Source: a virus
DNA length: 42,290 nucleotides
Strand: one strand, 5' to 3'
Virus record (IMG/VR): IMGVR_UViG_3300021387_000086
Location: 1-42,290 of that record
This document shows, piece by piece, positions 16,144-24,308 of this stretch; position 1 is the stretch's first letter, and the number at the start of each line of letters is the position of its first letter. The notes below the pieces were generated by a model. That model was not told where the DNA came from and ran no database searches. It saw only the letters and a list, made by a program, of their open reading frames with translations. The translations under genes and the position numbers were made by a program.

Positions 16144-16717
16144 CCACCGGCGGATAGGTATCGTATTTCTCCCAGTTAGCGTGATAGCGAGCGTCGAGCT
16201 CGATGATCTCCTTGACGAACGGATAGCGGTCGCCATCCGGACAGTTGGACTGATTCTCCGGAAGCGTGAGCAGTACGAGCTGCGCATGGCAGGCACGCAT
16301 GTTCTGCATCAGACTCAGGTTCTCGGCGTAGAGTGCCTGGATCTCTTCCGGAAGACGGTCGTGGTCGGGGCGCTTGCCGAGTTTGAAGTCATCGGTCTTC
16401 TCGATACGCTTGAGTACCGGCGCTTTGTCTTTGCCGGGAAGGGGTGCATTGAGACCTCTTTCGGCGGTGATGACGGTGACCTTGCGTGTCATCTGCACCA
16501 TATCCTCGTGCGTCACACCGGCTAAACGCATCGGCAGACGCTTGTTCAGTTGGTACTCCACCATCTTCATATACTTCTTGGGAAGCCTTTGGAAATTACC
16601 GGCGAGGATCTGGTTGCGAACTATCACGCGCACCAACCGTGCACCGGTCTCAATGTCTCTCTCCTCCGCAGGGGTATTCAACCACTGCTGAAGGTCTTTA
16701 GTTAATTTCTCGTCCAT
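16130..16717 (-). CDS. Hypothetical protein (195 aa) between the PRTase and PLD-like genes
   Basis: ATG at 16717 (MDEKLTKDLQQWL); the track start 16759 lies inside the repeat array. Confidence 0.55.
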   Translation of the reverse strand: MDEKLTKDLQQWLNTPAEERDIETGARLVRVIVRNQILAGNFQRLPKKYMKMVEYQLNKRLPMRLAGVTHEDMVQMTRKVTVITAERGLNAPLPGKDKAPVLKRIEKTDDFKLGKRPDHDRLPEEIQALYAENLSLMQNMRACHAQLVLLTLPENQSNCPDGDRYPFVKEIIELDARYHANWEKYDTYPPVDDEQ

Positions 16718-16736
16718 AATGATTGCTTTTTTGCTA

Positions 16737-16825
16737 CCCCCGGGGGTTAGGGTATGCAAACCCCGGGGATTATGGTATACAAACCCGGGGGGTTAGGGTA
16801 TCAAACCCCTATGGGTTATTATTGG
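16737..16825. repeat. Four tandem ~23-bp repeats, each starting with a CCCCGGGG-type palindrome
   Basis: Units at 16737, 16761, 16784 and 16806: CCCCCGGGGGTTAGGGTATGCAAA / CCCCGGGGATTATGGTATACAAA / CCCGGGGGGTTAGGGTATCAAA / CCCCTATGGGTTATTATTGG. Confidence 0.9.
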
Positions 16826-17490
16826 TTGTCCACGCCTACGATATAAAGGATGTTCTTGCCTTGTGGAGCGAGTAGGCGGTTCATCGCTCCGAGGGTCGAG
16901 CCGGTGGTGACGAAATCGTCAAAGCAGATCAGGTTCGCTTCATCCGGAATGTCTCCGGGCTCGAAGTCCACGCCGATGCGCTGCTTGGTGCGGGCGATCG
17001 CCACATCCGGACGGTAGGGAACTCCCAGCCTGCGCGCCATCTCCTCGGCGACCATACAGGCGAAGTTACGTTCCTTGTGCCGGCGGCGCGGGGTGGTGAT
17101 CACTGCCCAATCGCCTTGCCGGAGGTGTGTGCCGAGTACCGACTGCAGTGTCGGAACGAGTGCATTCACGAAGATGGGAATCATGGCATCGTCGGCTTTG
17201 ATCTCCGCGAGGGTCGGACCCTTGACGGTACGCTTCCAGATAGCTATGATCCGAAGCCCGACCTTGGGGAAGAGGTGCACATGTTCCTCGGAGAGGTCAC
17301 ACCGGGCGATATCCGCATGTTCGGCATGCCACGCCTTCCGGGGACCACCTTCGGCAAACAGGTCTTTGAGAGCCTGGTTACCGTCTCCTATGGAATCAAG
17401 AATGTCGGAGAATCCTGTCGGCCGAATGGTTACGGACTCCAGAACCTCCGACATCGACGGTAACTGAGCTATGTCAGGGTCGAGTAACAT
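16819..17490 (-). CDS. Type-I phosphoribosyltransferase-fold protein (ComF-like)
   Basis: PRPP-binding motif NLICFDDFVTTGSTLGA. An upstream PRRRHKERNFACMVA resembles the ComF RGFNQ region. ATG 17490 overlaps the TGA of the preceding gene (TGATG). Confidence 0.65.
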   Translation of the reverse strand: MLLDPDIAQLPSMSEVLESVTIRPTGFSDILDSIGDGNQALKDLFAEGGPRKAWHAEHADIARCDLSEEHVHLFPKVGLRIIAIWKRTVKGPTLAEIKADDAMIPIFVNALVPTLQSVLGTHLRQGDWAVITTPRRRHKERNFACMVAEEMARRLGVPYRPDVAIARTKQRIGVDFEPGDIPDEANLICFDDFVTTGSTLGAMNRLLAPQGKNILYIVGVDNQ

Positions 17491-18119
17491 CACTCGCCGC
17501 TGCCGCTGCCACTACCACTACCCTGCTCGTTGATGGTGCCGTCCTCGGTCTCGATCTCACCCTCATAGAAGGGAGCCGGAATCAGGTCGGTATGCTCGAC
17601 GTTGATGGTGGTCGTAGCCTTGCCGGTAGCACCTTGGCCATTGTCCTGTGCAACCGTGGCATTGCCCTGCCATTTGTCGTTACCGATCATACGGAACTTG
17701 CCATCCATATCCTGAACGAGAACGACCACGTCGTTGTTGTTCAGATAAGCAGCAGCCATCGTTGCTGCAGCATCCACTGCCGGGTGAACGGCGGTGAGCT
17801 TGTTGAGTTGCGTCTGGCTCGGCTTCTCGCCTTGGGCCTCGGAGGTCAACGAAGAATCGTTAACGAGGACATCGATGTGGTGGAACACCTTATCGGCTGC
17901 CATCTCGAACGAACCCTCCAGAACTGCGGAGGTCGGACGACCGAACTCATCTACCGGCAGCGTCGGCCACTTGGTGATGTTCGACTTAGCCGTGTAGTAC
18001 AGGCGGCGACGAATACCGGGGAGGACAGGCTTGCCCTCGCACCAACTCAATGAACCCTCAAGGGGTGAACAATTCGCTTTAGGCATATTCGTAATTGTTA
18101 ATGGTTTGACAATTGGCAC
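17490..18119 (-). CDS. Virion structural protein with C-terminal (GS)4-GE tail
   Basis: Immediately downstream of the capsid gene. The track start 18119 is GTG; an ATG at 18086 with an A/T-rich leader is an alternative start. The tail is encoded at 17493..17522. Confidence 0.65.
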   Translation of the reverse strand: MPIVKPLTITNMPKANCSPLEGSLSWCEGKPVLPGIRRRLYYTAKSNITKWPTLPVDEFGRPTSAVLEGSFEMAADKVFHHIDVLVNDSSLTSEAQGEKPSQTQLNKLTAVHPAVDAAATMAAAYLNNNDVVVLVQDMDGKFRMIGNDKWQGNATVAQDNGQGATGKATTTINVEHTDLIPAPFYEGEIETEDGTINEQGSGSGSGSGE

Positions 18120-18121
18120 CC

Positions 18122-18140
18122 CTCCGGCTCATCACCGGAG
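18122..18140 (-). promoter_or_regulatory. Stem-loop directly after the capsid gene (CTCCGG-N7-CCGGAG)
   Basis: 6-bp GC-rich stem with no U-run; possible partial terminator or mRNA stabiliser. Confidence 0.4.
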
Positions 18141-18153
18141 AGGTACGTTAACT

Positions 18154-19176
18154 TTACTCACCGCTTCCGCTTCCGGAACCCGAGCCGCTGCCCGAACCCG
18201 AACCTTCAGCACCGTAGAGCTTAGCTACGAGCAGACGGCGAGGATCGATGGACTCGAACTCTACACCGAAGAACATCGTAGCGACATACTCCAAGGTGAA
18301 TGCACTGAAGTGCTCGATGATCACGCTCTCGGTATCGGACATGAGGTCCACACCAATCAGCATGTTCTCCTTGGTGGTCAGGTGGATGTACGGAGAATCC
18401 TCCTTGCTCGACAGAGCTACGATCTCGCAGCGGCCGTTCGAGCCCTCGAGGATGTGCTGCTCGAAGCCCTTAACCCACGGCGTTGCGTTGTGGGTAGCGA
18501 AGTACGCATCTTCGTAAGCGTCCAGGATGTCCTGCGTTACGAACATGATCGTCTTCTGGCGACGGAGCTCGCGGTTAGCACTACGGTAGAGTTTCTTGAG
18601 AACATCTACCGCGTTGGTCTCGTCGATAGCCTCCTCCAGCTCGACATAGTTGCCTTTGCCGGCTGCGATAGTACCGGCGGTGATCTCCTTCGTCGTGATG
18701 GTGTCCCAACCGTTGAAGAGGTCAGCCGTGGTGGTACCGTTAGCCTTGCGGACTGCAGACCACAGAACAGCGTTGAGGTTCTCGCTCAACTTCTTGCAGA
18801 TCTCGACGAGGACAGCCTTCACGATCTCTGCGTTCTTCATCGCCTCACCCTTGGTCGCAGCCTTCTGACCGATGACCATGGTAGCGACGGAGTTCGGCTC
18901 GAACTCATAGTCAACTGCACCCATGAAGGTCTCCAGCTCGCGGAAGCTGAGTTCAGCGTCTTTACCGGCTTTGATGTCGTGCTTGTACGGACGGAACTGC
19001 GCATCGAGCGACAACGAACCTACCGTCTCCTTGTAGCGAATGCCGTAGCGAACGCTAACGTAGGGCATGATCTCCTCCAAACCGGTTACAGGCAATGCAA
19101 GAAATTCCTTGCGCCACTTGGTAGCAGCCTCTTGATACGCTTGAAGCTGCTCTCCAGTAATTTTACCTACAGGCAT
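18154..19176 (-). CDS. Major capsid protein with C-terminal (GS)7-GE tail
   Basis: 340 aa, directly after the protease/scaffold gene. The sequence resembles major capsid proteins of Bacteroidales prophages (from memory). The tail is encoded at 18157..18204. Confidence 0.8.
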   Translation of the reverse strand: MPVGKITGEQLQAYQEAATKWRKEFLALPVTGLEEIMPYVSVRYGIRYKETVGSLSLDAQFRPYKHDIKAGKDAELSFRELETFMGAVDYEFEPNSVATMVIGQKAATKGEAMKNAEIVKAVLVEICKKLSENLNAVLWSAVRKANGTTTADLFNGWDTITTKEITAGTIAAGKGNYVELEEAIDETNAVDVLKKLYRSANRELRRQKTIMFVTQDILDAYEDAYFATHNATPWVKGFEQHILEGSNGRCEIVALSSKEDSPYIHLTTKENMLIGVDLMSDTESVIIEHFSAFTLEYVATMFFGVEFESIDPRRLLVAKLYGAEGSGSGSGSGSGSGSGE

Positions 19177-19207
19177 AGTGTAAAAATTTTAGAGGTTAAT
19201 AATTAGT

Positions 19208-20323
19208 TTACTTCAGCATTTCGCGAGCCTTGGCGAGAGTCTCAGCCAATGCCTCTGCCGGAGATTTTTCCTCGGCGTCTTGGTGTTGGCCACCCGCTTC
19301 TACTACTTGCTGTGCCTTTGCAGCCGGACGTGCCTCCAACTCCGCAATGCGGGCTTCAGCGGCTGCCAACTTCGTCTCGGCATCTGCCTTGGCGGTCTCA
19401 GCAGCGGTCTTTGCCGCTTCTGCAGCCTCTTTGTCTGCCTTAGCCTGAGCCAAAGCGTCCTCGAGAGCCTGAACCTGAGCTTCGTCCAAAGCATAACTGC
19501 CGCCCTCTTTCGGCTCCTCCAGAGCCTTGAGGTTCGCAGCAGCCAATACAGCTGCTACCATCAGAAATACTTTTTTCATAACAGTTGTTTGAGTTGAGCT
19601 ATCAGGGTTGGCATCCGGTTCTGCCACTGCCTGGGCGGTAGTAGCCTCCTTCTTGCCGAACCATTTCTTGAACATCGCTTCCAGCTGCGCGAGCCAACCG
19701 TCCGCCTCGACCGGCATGTTATCCGGAAGAGGAATACCGGCAGCGGCCATTGCGTTTGCAACCGTCTGCGTGAGTTTCACATCCTCGGTACTGTCGATGA
19801 CCTCATCCACGAAGCCCCAATCCAATGCCTCCTGTGCGGTCAGCCATTTCTCCTCACGCATCAGGTCGAGAAGATCCTTCACCGGTTTCTTGCACCGGTC
19901 AGCATACGCGGTGGCGATGGTCAGATCAATCTTCTCCGCATCGGCAGCGGTCTTCATGTACTCCGCTGCTTTCTCCTTCAGCTGGTCGGCATTGAGAGCA
20001 GACCACTCGAAGATAGGGAACGAGCACTTGTGCACGAGGTACATCGCGTTCTTCTCGATGGCGATGTGCTTGGCTCCCATCGATGCGATAGTAGCGGCAC
20101 TCGCGTTCATGCCTCGATAATAGACATGCACGTTACCATGGTTAGCAAATGCAGAGGAAACAGACAGGGCGGTAGCGACAGAGCCACCGAGCGAGTCAAT
20201 GAGTACCGACACTTCTTTGTCGGCTGCTTTATCCAGAACATAGTCAACATAGTCGGAATCGAAGTCCCAACTGCCGACATAGCCTTTAAGTTTCAAATCG
20301 AATTTCTTTGCCATAGCGCACAT
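19208..20323 (-). CDS. Prohead serine protease (ClpP/S14-S49-like) fused to a coiled-coil scaffold domain
   Basis: DSLGGSVATAL and GMNASAATIASMG...LVHK match the ClpP-type pattern. Ala/Glu/Lys-rich C-terminus AEAAKTAAETAKADAETKLAAAEARIAELEA. Start is ATG 20323 or 20314, since the track start 20500 lies upstream of the promoter. Confidence 0.8.
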   Translation of the reverse strand: MCAMAKKFDLKLKGYVGSWDFDSDYVDYVLDKAADKEVSVLIDSLGGSVATALSVSSAFANHGNVHVYYRGMNASAATIASMGAKHIAIEKNAMYLVHKCSFPIFEWSALNADQLKEKAAEYMKTAADAEKIDLTIATAYADRCKKPVKDLLDLMREEKWLTAQEALDWGFVDEVIDSTEDVKLTQTVANAMAAAGIPLPDNMPVEADGWLAQLEAMFKKWFGKKEATTAQAVAEPDANPDSSTQTTVMKKVFLMVAAVLAAANLKALEEPKEGGSYALDEAQVQALEDALAQAKADKEAAEAAKTAAETAKADAETKLAAAEARIAELEARPAAKAQQVVEAGGQHQDAEEKSPAEALAETLAKAREMLK

Positions 20324-20338
20324 TTTTAATTCCGGCTG

Positions 20339-20346
20339 CAAAGGTA
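20339..20346 (-). promoter_or_regulatory. Bacteroides-type -7 promoter box (TACCTTTG) for the head operon
   Basis: Minus strand GGTGTTGTACCTTTGCAGCC, 16 nt upstream of ATG 20323. Confidence 0.6.
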
Positions 20347-20418
20347 CAACACCGGTCGCGCGACTGGCAAGTTCAATATAAACAGGAAAAACGCACGTCT
20401 CGCGTGCGTACGTAGAAC

Positions 20419-20490
20419 CGGAAAGAAACGGAAAGAAACGGAAAGATTTTTCTTTTTTCCGGAAAGAATTCGGAAAGAAACGGAAAAGAA
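20419..20490. repeat. Six copies of CGGAAAG(AAA) upstream of the head-operon promoter
   Basis: Copies at 20419, 20429, 20439, 20460, 20471 and 20481. Confidence 0.85.
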
Positions 20491-20522
20491 AAGGGGACAA
20501 ACTACCTTCCGTAGCTGTCCCC
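20481..20522 (-). terminator. Intrinsic terminator ending the early/replication operon
   Basis: Minus strand GGGGACA-N16-TGTCCCC followed by TTTTCTTTTCC. Confidence 0.7.
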
Positions 20523-20577
20523 TCGGAGCATAACTCCTAACAATAAATTACTAACAAACAAACATTAAAACACTATT

Positions 20578-21351
20578 TTATTCACCCGGCCACTCAAAGC
20601 GTGAGCGTTCCGGGAATAACTCTTTGAGATATTCCTCCACTCCGGAATGGATGGCAGAGTCGTATATCGAGAAGGCGATATCATTCTGGAGCAAGGCAAA
20701 ATCCTCGTCGGTATTGAGGTGCTGGAGTTTGATATCCTTGCGACAGAAGGTATTAATGTCGAGATAATGACGGCGGTAGATCAATGCCGCGATGGGCGAG
20801 TTGCACGACAGACCGTAACGGCTGTTGAACATCGAATCCTCGAAGTCTGCAACATACGGCCAGTTGTGCAGTTCATCCCATGCTTCACGGGTGTAGAGCT
20901 TGTTGATGTGCCCTTCCCAGTACCGAAGATCGAGAGCAAACTTCTCCATGAACGCCCGGGTGTCCGCCATCGTCTTCGTGTACCGCTTATCGCCTACGCC
21001 CTTGGTAGTATCTTTGGGCATCTCCTTCCCCTTATAGAACAGTGGCCACTTCTCCAAGTCCACCGGACGAATCAGGAAATGGTCATCGGAGGAGAGAAGG
21101 AACCTCTCTACCTTAGACATCTTAAACAGCCGGCACAACTTGTAATAGACATTCAGCGCCGGTTTGTTCGTCGTGATATCTCTCACATGGAGATACCGCA
21201 CGGTCGATGGGTTAATGAACGGTGGCAACTCATCGCCAACTATATACACCTCACCGAGGTTTGCGCCGAACTTAGCTATCGAGCGCAGGGAATAGCGCAG
21301 CTCATTATTATCCCACTTCGAGCCTGTACCTATTATATATACTACATCCAT
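20578..21351 (-). CDS. Stealth-like (CR1/CR2) sugar-1-phosphate transferase
   Basis: MDVVYIIGTG resembles Stealth CR1 (D-V-V-Y-T-W-V). NELRYSLRSIAKFGANLGEVYIVGDELPPFINPSTVRYLHVRDI parallels the CR2 core ELRYSLRS...IVT.GQ.P.WL...V..V.H.DI. SSDDHFLIRPV resembles NDD.F..RP. Confidence 0.6.
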   Translation of the reverse strand: MDVVYIIGTGSKWDNNELRYSLRSIAKFGANLGEVYIVGDELPPFINPSTVRYLHVRDITTNKPALNVYYKLCRLFKMSKVERFLLSSDDHFLIRPVDLEKWPLFYKGKEMPKDTTKGVGDKRYTKTMADTRAFMEKFALDLRYWEGHINKLYTREAWDELHNWPYVADFEDSMFNSRYGLSCNSPIAALIYRRHYLDINTFCRKDIKLQHLNTDEDFALLQNDIAFSIYDSAIHSGVEEYLKELFPERSRFEWPGE

Positions 21352-21353
21352 AA

Positions 21354-23960
21354 TCAGAACGGAACTTCAGTTTGTGAATCCTCTTGTTTGGTAGCCGGCG
21401 ACTGTGCTGCAGCTGAGTCGGGTTTCGCGCGGCGTTTCTTCATCTCCTCCAGATCTGACGGAGTGACAAAGTACTCGGCGGAGAAGATAAACGGACGACA
21501 TTGCTTGGACTCATGCGACCAATAAACGCTTCCTATATCTGCCTTCGAACCGTTGGCTTTGTCGGTTTCGGTAATGCGCATGGCAAAGCGTACGCGGTGG
21601 CTGTCCGGTGACTTGGTCACGCCCGGCATGTCGGAAAGCAGATTCCGGATGTACTGCTGATCCTTGCGGGCTGCGTCCGGAACATACTTCTGAATATACT
21701 CGGTGTCGAACTCCAGCTTCATTGCGCCGGTATCGCGGAACATCTCGCCAAGGAACTCGATGAGCGAGCCCTCGAAGTTGGATGCAGTACCCGCCATCAT
21801 GGTCGCAAGGTCGTCGTTCATGATACGCTTGGGGTCGAACCACATACGGCTGCTACCCTCTCGTTCCTGAACGAACATCTGCTTAGAGTTGAACCGCTTC
21901 TGCAGGAAGTACAGGAATGCTGGCACTTCCTCCTCTATATACTCCGAATACTTCTTTGTTGGGTCGTCTCCCTCGAGCAGTCCGTTATCACTCGCCCAGG
22001 GCGACAGTCTCATCACCCAGAAGCGGATCTCGTCCTTGGCAATGAAAACAGCCTTGCGGACCTCGTTAGAACAGAGGACAAACTTGAGGAACGACGGAAC
22101 CTCCTGCTTATCCTTACCCTTGCGCTCGACGAGGATGGTCTGTGTGGTGGAGAGGTACTTGAGCTTCTCACCAACGGCTTTATTCTCACCCAGGCAGGAC
22201 TCGTCGATGCCGACGATGAGTTTGCCGGCAAGCATAGAGTTGAAGTTCGTATCGAGCAGGTTGTTATCGCCGATGACGGTATTGTTACCGAAGATCGCCT
22301 TGAGCAGGTTGAGGAAGGAGGTCTTACCGGTGGCACGGTCACGACTGACGAGCATGATAATCGGCAGGAACTCCCTCGGGTAGAAGTACGCGACGGTGAT
22401 CCAGTCCAGCAGCATCTCGTAGTAATGGAACTTATCTTCCGGGTACTCCTTGGTGATCTGGCGCAGCAGCTTCTCGATGTGCGGCCATTTACCTTGCACC
22501 GGCTTCGAGGGCAGCGGGCTGTAGATGTTATAGAAACGGTAGTTCTGCGAGTTGATTATCTCGCGGCTGTAGTTGACATGATCCGGCTCGACGGTCGTCG
22601 ATATGAAGTGCTTGTACTTGTACAGCTTCTCCGATGTGCCTTTGCCGTATTGCGCATTGATGACCTTATCGGCGATGGTGTAGAAGTCCTGCACCGTGCC
22701 CGATTTGGCTCCGGGGATGGGCTTCTCCGTCACCAGCACTATCTCCGAACCGATGGCGACATAGTCCTTGAGCGATTGGTCCAGCAGCTGCACCAGTTTC
22801 TTCTCGCTCTCGAGGTAGCGGTAGGTAGCACCCTTGTAACGGAACTCGTGTCCTTTGATCTGCGGCTCCCATGCCTTGTAGAAATCCTCCGGCGACTGCA
22901 GGTTGAAGATTGCCCGGATGTTACCATCGTTGCAGGTACGCAGGTTCTTCTTGACGAAGTAGATACCTGTGCGGCCCGGATGATTGAGGTCATCGGCAAT
23001 GGCGGTGATCTCGTCCTTGAACTTATCTTCGACGATGAGGTCATCCAGTCCCTTGGGGCTATTGTTGACGGTGTACGGCTCGCCGGTACGCTCGTCGATC
23101 AGTTCCTCATCCTCGAACATCTTATTGACATACGCAAAGAAGATCTCGCAGGGGTTGCCCTGTGCGTTCTTGAACTCCAGCAGCAAGTCCTTCAGATTGA
23201 GCAAGGAGTGCATGAAGGCTTGCGGACGCTTGGAGAGGTCCGGCGTCTCACGCCATGTCTCCTTGCTGCCTGTCTTCCACGGGTTAGTGCAGTCACCGTC
23301 GTACAGGATGATGATGTTATCCGGCTTGACGGCGTTGAGGAAACGAACGATATCCGGATAGAGCTGCTTGGTCTTACCGTCCTTGTAGAGCGTGACCGAA
23401 CCGAGACCGATGACCGCCATGCCGTGAACGGAAGCCACCATCGCCTTCATGTAGCCCTCGGTGAGGATCACGGTCTCGATGTGCTCGCCCTTCAGATACT
23501 TGCGGTACAGTTCCGGCGGGAAGAAAGGATACGTGCCCTTCTTGGTCTCGCCGCCGGGGTACTTGTACTTGCCGGCATCCTTATCTGACTTCTTCGCCTC
23601 CTCCCAGTTCTTTGGCGACAGACGGGTGATGTAGTACAGATCCTCCACTTCTCCGTCGCTGTACTTGGGCTGCTTATCCCGGGTATAGGAGATGAGTCTG
23701 CCTTCGAGGGTATAGGGGTACATCCGAATGTTGTCATCCTGATCAGACTGGAAGAGTGGCCACTGCGGTACCAGTGTCCCCTCTCCGTTATCGGCCATAT
23801 AGACACGACCCATACCGATGGACTCGTCAAAGTCCTCCGGGTTGTGCCATTCGGCTACTTTCTTATGCCACTTCAGGGGTAGTGAGACCTGCTCACGGGT
23901 CAGACCACACAGGTCAAAGACGCGCTCCTGGAGATAGCTCTTTGTCTTCTCCTCTGCCAT
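21354..23960 (-). CDS. Toprim primase fused to an SF3 (P4/D5-type) replicative helicase
   Basis: 868 aa. ILTEGYMKAM (Toprim Glu), IIILYDGD (DxD), SRDRATGKTSFLNLL (Walker A), LIVGIDES (Walker B). Confidence 0.85.
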   Translation of the reverse strand: MAEEKTKSYLQERVFDLCGLTREQVSLPLKWHKKVAEWHNPEDFDESIGMGRVYMADNGEGTLVPQWPLFQSDQDDNIRMYPYTLEGRLISYTRDKQPKYSDGEVEDLYYITRLSPKNWEEAKKSDKDAGKYKYPGGETKKGTYPFFPPELYRKYLKGEHIETVILTEGYMKAMVASVHGMAVIGLGSVTLYKDGKTKQLYPDIVRFLNAVKPDNIIILYDGDCTNPWKTGSKETWRETPDLSKRPQAFMHSLLNLKDLLLEFKNAQGNPCEIFFAYVNKMFEDEELIDERTGEPYTVNNSPKGLDDLIVEDKFKDEITAIADDLNHPGRTGIYFVKKNLRTCNDGNIRAIFNLQSPEDFYKAWEPQIKGHEFRYKGATYRYLESEKKLVQLLDQSLKDYVAIGSEIVLVTEKPIPGAKSGTVQDFYTIADKVINAQYGKGTSEKLYKYKHFISTTVEPDHVNYSREIINSQNYRFYNIYSPLPSKPVQGKWPHIEKLLRQITKEYPEDKFHYYEMLLDWITVAYFYPREFLPIIMLVSRDRATGKTSFLNLLKAIFGNNTVIGDNNLLDTNFNSMLAGKLIVGIDESCLGENKAVGEKLKYLSTTQTILVERKGKDKQEVPSFLKFVLCSNEVRKAVFIAKDEIRFWVMRLSPWASDNGLLEGDDPTKKYSEYIEEEVPAFLYFLQKRFNSKQMFVQEREGSSRMWFDPKRIMNDDLATMMAGTASNFEGSLIEFLGEMFRDTGAMKLEFDTEYIQKYVPDAARKDQQYIRNLLSDMPGVTKSPDSHRVRFAMRITETDKANGSKADIGSVYWSHESKQCRPFIFSAEYFVTPSDLEEMKKRRAKPDSAAAQSPATKQEDSQTEVPF

Positions 23961-23964
23961 GGCT

Positions 23965-24291
23965 TCACTTGATTACTGAGTCGATATCCCATAGCAGATT
24001 GGTCATATTGGTGGTGTCATCGTCGTCGGATGCCTTGAACGAGATGTAGATATCTGAGCTCAGGACATACTCCTTCTGCACTCCATCTTCTCCCGGCACT
24101 TCCTCGATGCGGGCGGTGGGCTTCCACTGGTAGCCTTTCACCTCAAAGCCGTTGATCGGTGAACGCTGCTCCATGAGTGCCACCAAGGCTTTGCCATCTT
24201 CACGACTGAGGCAACGAACATGTGCCTCGTATGTACGACCGTCGAAAGTATCCAACTTTGCGACGCAGATCAATTCGATTTTACCTAACAT
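23965..24291 (-). CDS. Hypothetical early protein (108 aa)
   Basis: ATG at 24291 preceded by AAGTCTAAT. The track start 24348 is GTG and would place a 9-bp-stem hairpin inside the coding sequence. Confidence 0.5.
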   Translation of the reverse strand: MLGKIELICVAKLDTFDGRTYEAHVRCLSREDGKALVALMEQRSPINGFEVKGYQWKPTARIEEVPGEDGVQKEYVLSSDIYISFKASDDDDTTNMTNLLWDIDSVIK

Positions 24292-24308
24292 ATTAGACTT
24301 CCAAATGT

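Noticed and set aside
16737-16825. Possible CRISPR array (also considered for 8395..8465)
   Set aside because: The units are directly adjacent with a 23-bp period and no unique spacers. There are only 3-4 copies and no cas genes.
18031-19206. 391-aa plus-strand ORF
   Set aside because: It is entirely antisense to the well-supported capsid gene. It has no promoter or start context, and its translation is Leu/Arg/Val-rich low-information sequence typical of antisense frames.
22425-23588. 387-aa plus-strand ORF
   Set aside because: It is antisense to the primase-helicase, whose motifs (Toprim, Walker A/B) validate the minus frame.
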